Positions 1-9,043 of a DNA stretch of 64,000 nucleotides are shown one piece after another; position 1 is the first letter of the stretch; each line of letters opens with the position of its first letter. The stretch lies in the NCBI GenBank assembly GCA_019244185.1, contig JAFATB010000011.1:64504-128503 (forward strand). Direction: 5' to 3'. Both the position numbers and the translations under genes were made by a program. The notes under the pieces are model-generated. The model did no database searches. It was given only the letters and a program-made list of their open reading frames with translations, and had not been told where the DNA came from. Source of the DNA: Acidobacteriota bacterium (lineage in GTDB: Bacteria; Acidobacteriota; Thermoanaerobaculia; Gp7-AA8).

Positions 1-2
1 AG

Positions 3-2681
3 CTGTTCGCGCTGTACGGCGGCGACACGCTCGACGAGCCGGCGCTGCAGTACGCCGACTTCGCGCTTTGGCAGCGCGAATGGCTGCAGGGCGACGTGCT
101 CGACAAGCAGCTCGGCTACTGGAAAGACTGTCTCGCCGGCGAGCTGCCGGTGCTCGAGCTTCCGGCCTATCGCCCGCGTCCGCCCGTGCAGTCGTATCGC
201 GGCGAAGTCGCGCGCGTGAGCGTTCCGAACGACGTGCGGCGCGCGCTGCAGGAGCTCGCGCGGCGCGAGAACGCCACGCTCTTCATGGTTTTTCTTGCGG
301 CGCTCAAGACGCTTTTGTTCCGTTACTCGGGACAGAGCGACGTCATCGTCGGCTCCGGCATCGCGAATCGCCACCGCCAGGAGCTCGAGCCGCTGGTCGG
401 CTGCTTCGTCAACACGCTCGCGCTGCGCACCGACCTCGCCGGCAACCCGACGTTCCGCGAGCTGCTCGCGCGCGTCCGCGACGTCACGCTCGACGCGTAC
501 GCGCATCAGGACCTCCCGCTCGAACGCCTGCTCGAAGAGCTGCACGTCGAGCGCTCGATGAGCCGCTCGCCGCTCTTTCAGGTGATGCTCTTCTTCCAGA
601 ATCACGAGGGCTTCGCGACCAACGTTGCGGACCTCGAGCTGCGGCTCCTCGAGCTCGACGAGATCAACACCGGCACCGCGCGCACCGATCTCACGCTCTT
701 CGTCGGCGTCGAAGCGGATCGCCTCGACGTCGTCTTCGAGTACGCGACCGATCTCTTCGACGCGGAGACGATCCGCGCGTTCGGCGCGCATCTCGTCGAG
801 CTGCTGCGCCAGGTCGCGCGCGATCCCGAAGCGCGCGTCGGCGACGTCGTCTTCCTCTCCGATGCCGAACGCCACGAGCTCGTCGTCGCGCGCAACGCCA
901 CGCGACGCGACGTTCCCGCCGTTGCGGTGCATCGCCTCATCGAAGCGCAGGCCGCGAAGACGCCGGATGCGATCGCCGTCGTCGCGGGCAACGCGGCGCT
1001 CACGTATCGCGAGCTCGACACGCGCGCGAACGCGCTCGCCGCGGAATTGCACGCGCGCGGCATCGGGCGCGGCGATCTCGTCGGACTGCGCGCGGACCGC
1101 GGCGTCGAACTGCTGATTGGACTCGTCGGCATTCTGAAATCGGGCGCCGCGTACGTGCCGCTCGATCCGTCGTTCCCCGAGGAGCGGCTCGCGTTCATGA
1201 TCGAAGACGCGGCGGTGAAGCTCGTCGTCGATGCGGCGATGTGCCGCATCGCGCGCGACGCCGAACGCATCGACGTCGAAGTCGATCCGAACGACCTCGC
1301 CTACGTCATCTTCACCTCGGGCTCGACGGGACGGCCGAAAGGCGTCGAGATCCCGCACGGCGCCGTCGTCAACTTCCTGCAGTCGATGGCGCGCACGCCG
1401 GGTCTCGCGGCGACCGACGTGTTCTGCGCCGTCACCACGCTCTCCTTCGACATCGCCGTGCTCGAGCTCCTGCTCCCGCTGACGGTCGGCGCGCGCGTCG
1501 TCATCGCCGATCGCGAAACCGCGGCCGACGGCATGCGCCTCGCGCGGCTCATCGCGGACAGCGGCACCACCGTCATGCAGGCAACGCCCGCGACGTGGCG
1601 CATGCTCGTCGACAGCGGCTGGAACGGCGGAGCGCATCTGAAGCTGCTGTGCGGCGGCGAGGCGCTGCCGCGCGAGCTCGCGGAGCGTTTGCTCGATCGC
1701 TGCGGCGAGCTTTGGAATGTCTACGGCCCGACGGAAACGACAGTCTGGTCGTCGCTCGATCGCGTGACGAAGAACGACGCGATCACCATCGGCCGTCCGA
1801 TCGACAACACCACGATGTACGTCGTCGACGCGCGTATGCAGCTCGTGCCCGACGGCGTCTCCGGCGAGCTGCTCATCGGCGGCGCCGGCGTCGCGCGCGG
1901 CTATCTCGCGCGTCCGGAGCTCACGCTCGAAAAGTTTATCGCCGATCCGTTCTCCGATGACGCGAACGCGCGCGTCTACCGCACCGGCGACATCGCGCGC
2001 TGTCGCCGCGACGGCCGTCTCGAAGTCCTCGGCCGCGGCGATCATCAGGTCAAGCTCCGCGGCTACCGCATCGAGCTCGGCGAGATCGAAAACGTGCTCG
2101 CGCGCCACGCGTCCGTCGTCGAATGCGTCGTCGTTGCGCGCGAAGATCGTCCCGGCGACAAGCGCCTCGTCGTGTACGTCGCCGGCGACTGCGACGCGAA
2201 CGCGTTGCGCGCGCATCTGCGCGCGAGCCTGCCCGACTACATGGTGCCGTCCGCGTTCGTCGCGCTCGCCGCGTTGCCGCGCACGCCGAACGGCAAGATC
2301 GACCGCAAGGCGCTGCCCGCGCCGGAAGCCGCCGACGTCGCCGTCGACGGCGCGCCGCGCAACGCCGACGAAGCGACGCTCGTGCAGATCTGGGCTGAGG
2401 TCCTCGGCACGCCGCGGCTCGGCATCCACGACGACTTCTTCGCGCACGGCGGACACTCGCTGCTCGCGACGCAGCTCATCGCGCGCGTCTCGAAATCGTT
2501 CGGCGTCGAGATTCCGCTGCGGCGGCTCTTCGATGCGCCGACGGTCGCGCAGTTCGCGGAAGCGGTCGTCGCGGAACAGCTCGCGCGCGTCGATGCGGCG
2601 GGACTCGACGCGATGCTGCTCGAGCTCGAAGGTCTTTCCGACGCGGACATTCGAGGAATGCTGGAGGCGGGATCGGCGTGA
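3..2681 (+). CDS. NRPS, 5'-truncated by the window edge: end of C domain, A domain (Gly-type), T domain, C-terminal docking helix
   Basis: Frame open from position 3 (LQYADFALWQREWL). Motifs YVIFTSGSTGRPKG, FDIAVLE, NVYGPTETT, YRTGD, QVKLRGYRIELGEIE, NGKIDR and T-domain GGHSLL. Confidence 0.97.
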   Translation: MFALYGGDTLDEPALQYADFALWQREWLQGDVLDKQLGYWKDCLAGELPVLELPAYRPRPPVQSYRGEVARVSVPNDVRRALQELARRENATLFMVFLAALKTLLFRYSGQSDVIVGSGIANRHRQELEPLVGCFVNTLALRTDLAGNPTFRELLARVRDVTLDAYAHQDLPLERLLEELHVERSMSRSPLFQVMLFFQNHEGFATNVADLELRLLELDEINTGTARTDLTLFVGVEADRLDVVFEYATDLFDAETIRAFGAHLVELLRQVARDPEARVGDVVFLSDAERHELVVARNATRRDVPAVAVHRLIEAQAAKTPDAIAVVAGNAALTYRELDTRANALAAELHARGIGRGDLVGLRADRGVELLIGLVGILKSGAAYVPLDPSFPEERLAFMIEDAAVKLVVDAAMCRIARDAERIDVEVDPNDLAYVIFTSGSTGRPKGVEIPHGAVVNFLQSMARTPGLAATDVFCAVTTLSFDIAVLELLLPLTVGARVVIADRETAADGMRLARLIADSGTTVMQATPATWRMLVDSGWNGGAHLKLLCGGEALPRELAERLLDRCGELWNVYGPTETTVWSSLDRVTKNDAITIGRPIDNTTMYVVDARMQLVPDGVSGELLIGGAGVARGYLARPELTLEKFIADPFSDDANARVYRTGDIARCRRDGRLEVLGRGDHQVKLRGYRIELGEIENVLARHASVVECVVVAREDRPGDKRLVVYVAGDCDANALRAHLRASLPDYMVPSAFVALAALPRTPNGKIDRKALPAPEAADVAVDGAPRNADEATLVQIWAEVLGTPRLGIHDDFFAHGGHSLLATQLIARVSKSFGVEIPLRRLFDAPTVAQFAEAVVAEQLARVDAAGLDAMLLELEGLSDADIRGMLEAGSA

Positions 2682-5600
2682 CGAACGAACCGCTCGCCGA
2701 CCGGCTCGCGCGGCTCACGCCGCAACAGCGCGCGCTCCTCGCGCAGCAGCTCGCCGCGCGCGACAAAGGCGTGGTGCGCCGCGCCGATCCGCGCGCGCCG
2801 CTGCCGCTCGCGCCGGCGCAGCTGCGCATGTGGTTCCTCGAGGAACTGCAGCCCGGCACCGGCTCGTATCACGTCTATAACCACTACCGGCTGCGCGGCG
2901 CGCTCGACGTCGATGCGCTCGAACGCGCCGTGCGCGAGATCGTGCGGCGCCACGAGATGCTCCGCACGTCGTTCCACGCCGAAGACGGCGTGCCGGTGCA
3001 GGTGGTCGCGGAGAACGTCGAGCTCTTGATCGAGCGCGTCGATCTGCGCGGTGAAGCGGACCTCGACGCCCGCGCGCAGCGCATCGTCGACGACGCAACC
3101 TTCCGTCCGTTCGATCTCGCACGCGCGCCGCTGATGCGCGTCGTGCTGGTCACGCTCCGCGACGACGAGCATCTGCTGCTGCTCGTCCTGCATCACATCA
3201 TCGCCGACGCGTGGTCGCTCGACGACGTCTTCGGCGGCGAGCTGGCCACGCTGTACAACGCGTCCGCCGCGAACGAGCCGTCTCCGCTCGCGGACGTGGC
3301 CGTGCACTTCGGCGACGTCGTGCTCTGGCAGCAGAGCGCCGCCCAACAGGCACGCGCGCAGGAACATCTGCGCTGGTGGAGTGACGAGCTGCGCGGGCTG
3401 CCCGACGCGCTCGATCTCCCGACCGATCGTCCGCGCCCGCTCGCACAGTCGTTCCGCGGCGCGCGGCACCGCTTCGCGCTCGAGAAGGAGCTGCTCGACG
3501 CCCTGCAGGAGCTCGCGCGGCGCGAGCGCGTCACGTTGTTCATGCTCCTCCTCGCGGCCTTCGAAACGCTGCTGCATCGCTGGTCGGGGCAGGACGACTT
3601 CGCGGTCGGCACGCCCGTGTCGACGCGCACGCGTCCGGAGATGGAGCCGGTGCTCGGGCTCTTCATCAACACCGTGGCCATTCGCGCGAGTGTCGCGGGC
3701 GATCCTACGTTTCGCGAGCTGCTCGTGCGCGTGCGCGACCGCGCGCTCGATGCGTTCGCGCATCAGGACGCGCCGTTCGAGCGCGTCGTCGAATCGCTCG
3801 GCCTCGAGCGCAGCACCAGCCGGTCGCCTGTCTATCAAACGATGCTCGTGCTCTGGAGCGGCGGCAACGTCGCGCGCGAGCTCGCCGGAATCACGCGCGA
3901 GTGGATCGAACCGGAGCAGCGCGTGTCGCGCTTCGACATGACGCTCGTCGCCGCCGCGGGCGACCGCGGTCTCGACGTGCTCTTCGACTACGCGACCGAT
4001 CTCTTCGACACGCGGTCGATCGAGCGCTTCGGCCGCGCGTTCGCGACGTTACTGCGCGGCATCGTGCGCGATCCGGAACGGCGCGTCTCGCAACTGCCGC
4101 TGCTCGATGACGCCGAACGCGCGCAGGTGCTTCGCGCCTCGCGTGGCGAAACGCGCACGTGGCCGCGCACGACGCTGCATCAGCTCTTCAGCGAGCAGGC
4201 CGCCCGCACGCCCGAGGCGGACGCGATCGTCACGCCCGATCGCAGCGTCACGTACCGCGAGCTCGACATGTGGAGCGACGCCATCGCGTCCGACGTGCGC
4301 GGCGACATCGTCGCGTTCCACGCCGATCGTTCCGCCGACGCCATCGCCACGCTTCTCGGCATTCTCAAAGCGGGAGCGGCGTATCTGCCGATCGATCCGT
4401 CGACGCCCGCCGAACGCCGCGACTGGATGCTCGCCGACGCGGGCGCGGTGCTCTGGAATCGCGACAGCGACGCGCCGCGGCAGCGACGCGATGCGAACGC
4501 CGCGTATCTCATCTACACCTCAGGCTCCACGGGACTGCCGAAAGGCGTCCTCGTCGAGCACGCGTCCGCGGTCAACCTCACGCTCGCGTTCATCGAGCTG
4601 CACGGCTTCGCCGGACATCGCGTGCTCGTGATTCCGCCGCTCGCGTTCGACGCATCCGTCGGCGACGTCTTCCCCGTGCTCGCCACGGGCGGCGCGCTTG
4701 TGCTGCATCCGTCGCCCGCGCAACTCGGCGCGGCGGAGCTCGCGGAGTTCTGCAGCGCGCGCGGCGTCACCGCGATCGACGCGCCGGCCGCACTCTGGCG
4801 CCGCTGGAGCGAAGAGTGGGTCGACATCCCCGCGCTGCGCATGATGATGGCCGGCGGCGAGAGCATCCCCGTCGAACAGGTGCGCCGCTTCGCGCGCGCG
4901 ACACGCAACCGCGTCCGCTTCTTCAACCACTACGGGCCGACCGAGGCAACGGTGTGCGCGACGCTGTTCGCCACGACGGATGCGGCGGACGTGCAGGCGA
5001 GCGAGCTGCCGATCGGATTGCCGATCGCGAACGTCGCGGCGTACGTCGTCGATCGCAATCTCGAGCCGGTGCCCGATGGCGTCGCCGGCGAGCTTTGCCT
5101 CGGCGGCGCGGGCGTTTCGCGCGGCTATCTCGGACGTCGCGAACAGACGGCCGAACGCTTCGTCGCCGATCCGTTCAGCGACGTGGCGGGCGCGCGCATG
5201 TACCGCACCGGCGACGTCGTGCGCCGCCAGAACGACGGCACGCTGCTTTTCCTCGGCCGCAGCGATCGGCAACTGAAACTGCGCGGCTTCCGCATCGAGC
5301 CGGGCGAGATCGAAGCGGCGATCCTCGCGTTCGGTGACATCCGCGGCGCGTTCGTCACGCTGCGCGAGCATCGGCTCGTCGCGTACGTCGTCGGCAGTTT
5401 CGACGCCGCCGCGTTGCGTGCGTTCCTGCAGGAGCGGCTGCCGGAGTACATGGTGCCTTCGGCGTTCGTCGCGCTCGACGCGCTGCCGCTCACGTCGAAC
5501 GGCAAAGTCGATCAGCGCGCGCTGCCGGAGCCTCCGGTTGCGAGCGACCGCGCGATCGTCGCGCCGCGCAACGAGACCGAGGCCGCGCTCGTCGACATTT

Positions 5601-6970
5601 GGCGCGCATTGCTGCGCGTCGACACGATCGGCGTCGACGACGACTTCTTCGAGCTCGGCGGCGACTCGCTGAAAACGATGCCGCTCGTCGTCCGCATCCG
5701 CGAGCGCTTCGGCGTCTCGCTCCCGCTCGCCTCCATCTTCCAGTCGCCGACCGTCGCGCGCCTCGCGCAGCTCATCACCGGCGAGGCGAAGCTCGAAACG
5801 ATCTCGCTCGAGTCGCGCATCGGCGAGCCGATCGTGGCGGAGCCGGACGCGCTTCCCGCGACCTTCGCGCCGCCGCGCCACGTGCTGCTCACCGGCGCCA
5901 CCGGCTTCCTCGGCGCGTTCCTGCTCCACGAACTGCTGCGCACGACGGATGCGGACATCGTCTGCCTCGTGCGCGCGAAGGACGACGCCGAAGGACGCGC
6001 GCGCATCGACAAGAACCTTGCCGCGTACGGATTGCGCGGCGATGCCTCGCGCATTCGCATCGTGCGCGGCGATCTCGCGCAGCCGCGGCTCGGCGTCGAC
6101 GCCGACACGTGGGAACGCCTCGCGCGCGAGCTCGACGTCATCGTCCACAACGGCTCGACGGTCAGCTTCGTCACGCCGTACGAGAAGCTCGCCGCGGCGA
6201 ACGTCGGCGGCACGCGCGAAGTGCTCCGTCTCGCGGGACGCGCGCGCATCAAGCCGGTGCACTTCGTCTCGACGCTCAGCGCGATCGACTTCGCGGCGGA
6301 CGTCGTGAGCGACCGCGATCCGCTGCCGCCCGGCGAGCGCGTCGAAGGCGGCTACAACCAGAGCAAGTGGGTCGCGGACCGCATCGCCCAGGACGCGCGG
6401 GCGGGCGGTATTCCGGTGTCGATCCATCGCCCCGCGCGCGTCACCGGCGACAGCCGCACCGGCGCGTGGAACCACGCCGATCTTTTCCCGTCGTGGATCA
6501 AGGCGTGCGTGCAGCTCGGTCTCATTCCGGAGAGTGATGCGGCGCTGAACATGACGCCGGTCGACTTCCTCGCCGCGGCGATCGTCCGGCTCGCGCTCGA
6601 CCCGAACGCGCGGAACGGCACGTATCACTTCTTCAACAACCGCACGATGCCGCTCGCGCGCTTCGCCGACGCGTTGCGCGCGAAAGGCTTCGCGATCGAG
6701 AGCGTCCCCTACGCGACGTGGCGGCGCGCGCTCGTCGAGGCGATCGGCCGCGGCGACGACAACGCCCTCGCGCCGTTCATCGCGCTCTTTCCCGAGGAAG
6801 ACGACAGCCGCGAGCCGCGCTTCGACACCGCGCACACCGACGACACGCTCGCCGCGCTCGGCCTCGTCTGTCCCGCCGCCGACGAGGCGCTCGTCTCCAC
6901 GTACCTCGACTTCTTCATCGCGCGCGGGTTTCTGCCCGCGCCGCTTGCGGTCATCGGAGGCGAACGCTGA
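2678..6970 (+). CDS. Terminal NRPS module C-A-T-R (thioester reductase release)
   Basis: C motif HHIIADAWS; A motifs YTSGSTGLPKG and NHYGPTEAT; T motif GGDSL; R domain LLTGATGFLG, NVGGT and GYNQSKWV (YxxxK). GTG start overlaps the upstream stop (GTGA). Confidence 0.97.
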   Translation: MTNEPLADRLARLTPQQRALLAQQLAARDKGVVRRADPRAPLPLAPAQLRMWFLEELQPGTGSYHVYNHYRLRGALDVDALERAVREIVRRHEMLRTSFHAEDGVPVQVVAENVELLIERVDLRGEADLDARAQRIVDDATFRPFDLARAPLMRVVLVTLRDDEHLLLLVLHHIIADAWSLDDVFGGELATLYNASAANEPSPLADVAVHFGDVVLWQQSAAQQARAQEHLRWWSDELRGLPDALDLPTDRPRPLAQSFRGARHRFALEKELLDALQELARRERVTLFMLLLAAFETLLHRWSGQDDFAVGTPVSTRTRPEMEPVLGLFINTVAIRASVAGDPTFRELLVRVRDRALDAFAHQDAPFERVVESLGLERSTSRSPVYQTMLVLWSGGNVARELAGITREWIEPEQRVSRFDMTLVAAAGDRGLDVLFDYATDLFDTRSIERFGRAFATLLRGIVRDPERRVSQLPLLDDAERAQVLRASRGETRTWPRTTLHQLFSEQAARTPEADAIVTPDRSVTYRELDMWSDAIASDVRGDIVAFHADRSADAIATLLGILKAGAAYLPIDPSTPAERRDWMLADAGAVLWNRDSDAPRQRRDANAAYLIYTSGSTGLPKGVLVEHASAVNLTLAFIELHGFAGHRVLVIPPLAFDASVGDVFPVLATGGALVLHPSPAQLGAAELAEFCSARGVTAIDAPAALWRRWSEEWVDIPALRMMMAGGESIPVEQVRRFARATRNRVRFFNHYGPTEATVCATLFATTDAADVQASELPIGLPIANVAAYVVDRNLEPVPDGVAGELCLGGAGVSRGYLGRREQTAERFVADPFSDVAGARMYRTGDVVRRQNDGTLLFLGRSDRQLKLRGFRIEPGEIEAAILAFGDIRGAFVTLREHRLVAYVVGSFDAAALRAFLQERLPEYMVPSAFVALDALPLTSNGKVDQRALPEPPVASDRAIVAPRNETEAALVDIWRALLRVDTIGVDDDFFELGGDSLKTMPLVVRIRERFGVSLPLASIFQSPTVARLAQLITGEAKLETISLESRIGEPIVAEPDALPATFAPPRHVLLTGATGFLGAFLLHELLRTTDADIVCLVRAKDDAEGRARIDKNLAAYGLRGDASRIRIVRGDLAQPRLGVDADTWERLARELDVIVHNGSTVSFVTPYEKLAAANVGGTREVLRLAGRARIKPVHFVSTLSAIDFAADVVSDRDPLPPGERVEGGYNQSKWVADRIAQDARAGGIPVSIHRPARVTGDSRTGAWNHADLFPSWIKACVQLGLIPESDAALNMTPVDFLAAAIVRLALDPNARNGTYHFFNNRTMPLARFADALRAKGFAIESVPYATWRRALVEAIGRGDDNALAPFIALFPEEDDSREPRFDTAHTDDTLAALGLVCPAADEALVSTYLDFFIARGFLPAPLAVIGGER

Positions 6971-8310
6971 TGGCTCTGAACGGCGCACGCGCATTTCTCG
7001 CCGTCTGGATCGGCCAGCTCGTCTCCGTCGTCGGCTCGCGTCTGTCGACGTTCGCGCTCGGCATCTGGGTGCTGCGCGAAACCGGTTCGACGACGAGCTA
7101 CGCGTTCATCTTCGTATGCGCCGCCGTGCCCGCGCTGCTGCTCGTGCCGTTCGCCGGCGCGCTCGTCGATCGCTGGGACCGGCGCCGCGTGATGCTCGCG
7201 TGCGATGCGATCTGCGGCGCGACGATGCTCGTGCTCGCGGCGCTCCTCGCCACGCATCGCATCGCGCTGTGGCACATCTACGCCGGCGCCGCGGTGCAGG
7301 CATTCGCGAACGCGTTCCAGATGCCGGCGTACATGGCCAGCATCCCGCTGCTCGTTCCGAAGGAGCATCTCGCGCGCGCGAACGGCCTCGTGCAGACGGC
7401 GTTCGCGACCTCGCTCATGCTCGGCCCCGCGCTGGCCGGCGTGCTGGTCACGCTCGTCGCGCTGCCGGGCGTGCTCGTCATCGACGGCGCGACTTTCTTC
7501 GCCGCGGTGATCGCGCTGACGCTCGTGCGCATCCCGCGTCCGCCGCGCGATCCGAACGAAGCGCCCGGCGCATTGCTGCACGAGGCGGCGGAAGGGTGGC
7601 GGTTCGTCCGCGATCGGCGTGGCCTCATCGGACTGCTCGCCATCTTCGGCACGACGAACTTTCTCTTCGGGATGCTCAGCATCCTCATCACCCCGCTCGT
7701 GCTCTCGTTCGCGAACGCCGCGCAGCTCGGCATGCAGATGTCGATCGGCGGCGCGGGACTCTTTCTCGGCGGCCTGGCCATGAGCACGTGGGGCGGTCCG
7801 AAGACGCGCATCCACGGCGTGCTCGCGTCGGTGATCGTCGCCGGCGTCTTTCTCGCGCTGCACGGCCTCTTGCCGTCGATCGCATTCGTCTCCGCGGCGG
7901 GCTTCTTCTTCTTCCTCACCGTTCCCGTGATGAACGCGTCGCAGGACGCGATCTGGCAGACCAAAGTCCCGGCCGAGCTGCAGGGCCGCTGCTTTGCGAT
8001 CCAGCGCGTGCTGTCCGAGGCGGCGATGCCGGTGGGGTTTGTGCTCGCGGGACCGCTCGCGGATCGCGTGTTCGAGCCGCTGCTCGCGCCGCACGGCGCG
8101 CTCGCGTCGTCCATCGGCCGCGTCATCGGGACCGGCGCGGGTCGCGGCATCGCGCTGATGTTCATCGTCGCCGGCGTCGCCATAACGCTCGCCGGCATCA
8201 CCGGCTACTCCATCCGTCCGCTGCGTCGCGTCGAGCAGGAGCTCGATGACGCGCCGCTCGCGGACGACCGTTCTCTCGTTCAACCGTTGCAGCCTCTGGA
8301 GGAGTTATGA
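6970..8310 (+). CDS. MFS exporter (macrolide-efflux/H+ antiporter-like)
   Basis: ATG overlaps the NRPS stop (TGATG). WIGQLVSVVGS, motif A GALVDRWDRRRVM, QTKVPAELQGR, about 12 hydrophobic segments. Confidence 0.93.
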   Translation: MALNGARAFLAVWIGQLVSVVGSRLSTFALGIWVLRETGSTTSYAFIFVCAAVPALLLVPFAGALVDRWDRRRVMLACDAICGATMLVLAALLATHRIALWHIYAGAAVQAFANAFQMPAYMASIPLLVPKEHLARANGLVQTAFATSLMLGPALAGVLVTLVALPGVLVIDGATFFAAVIALTLVRIPRPPRDPNEAPGALLHEAAEGWRFVRDRRGLIGLLAIFGTTNFLFGMLSILITPLVLSFANAAQLGMQMSIGGAGLFLGGLAMSTWGGPKTRIHGVLASVIVAGVFLALHGLLPSIAFVSAAGFFFFLTVPVMNASQDAIWQTKVPAELQGRCFAIQRVLSEAAMPVGFVLAGPLADRVFEPLLAPHGALASSIGRVIGTGAGRGIALMFIVAGVAITLAGITGYSIRPLRRVEQELDDAPLADDRSLVQPLQPLEEL

Positions 8311-9035
8311 CCTGCCCGCACGCGAACGCGGCACCGAGCGCCACCACCGACGATCTCTACACCGCCTCCCAAGTCGAACGGCTCCTGGATCCGAGCCATC
8401 CGCTTGCGCAGACGCTGGCTTGGGTGCGGCGCTTTCTCGCCAAGCCGAATCAGGAGCTCGGACGCCCCGGCGCCGTCTGTCCGTTCGTGCCGGGCGCGCT
8501 CGCACAGGACACGATCTGGCTGACGCTCGCGCCGCACACGCAGGCGCAGCGCAACGAGATCGTCGCCACCGTCGCGCGCTTCCGCGACCGCTTTCTCACG
8601 CTCGATCCGAAAGACGGCGAAGACTCGATGAGCAAAGCGATCCTCATCGTCTTCCCGTATCTCACGTCCGCGGACGCGGGCCTCATCGACGACGTGCAGC
8701 TCGACCTGAAGCCGTCGTTCGTCGAGCACGGGATGATGCTCGGCGAGTTCCACGAGCGGAACGAGAGCCCCGGTCTGCGCAACCCGCAGTTCCGGCCGCT
8801 GCGCAGTCCCATTCCGATGCTCGCCATCCGCTACATGGTCGACTCCGATTTGCCGTTTCTGCATCGCTCGATTTACAACCCCGCGCTGCGCGCCGATTTC
8901 ATCCGCTCGTATCTGCGCCGCCTCGGCACGCGCGTCAGCCGCAACACGTTCGACGCGGCGGTCTCCGCGCTCGTCGCCGCCGAGATCGAGCAGCTCGACG
9001 CCGTGAAGATCGTCGAGCTGATCATGACCCGCTGA
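8307..9035 (+). CDS. DUF6875-like protein, putative tailoring enzyme
   Basis: LGRPGAVCPFV, GMMLGEFH and FRPLRSPIPMLAIRYM motifs; coupled to the MFS gene (ATGA). Family name is from memory of the motif. Confidence 0.7.
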   Translation: MTCPHANAAPSATTDDLYTASQVERLLDPSHPLAQTLAWVRRFLAKPNQELGRPGAVCPFVPGALAQDTIWLTLAPHTQAQRNEIVATVARFRDRFLTLDPKDGEDSMSKAILIVFPYLTSADAGLIDDVQLDLKPSFVEHGMMLGEFHERNESPGLRNPQFRPLRSPIPMLAIRYMVDSDLPFLHRSIYNPALRADFIRSYLRRLGTRVSRNTFDAAVSALVAAEIEQLDAVKIVELIMTR

Positions 9036-9043
9036 GGACCGCG

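Noticed and set aside
8246-9043. 710-aa fusion ORF ahead of the KMO-like domain
   Set aside because: The N-terminal part is an out-of-frame overlap with the 8307-9035 gene; the RBS and FAD motif place the start at 9044. The same logic applies to the over-extended ORFs at 6718, 19977, 26675, 38676 and 50255.
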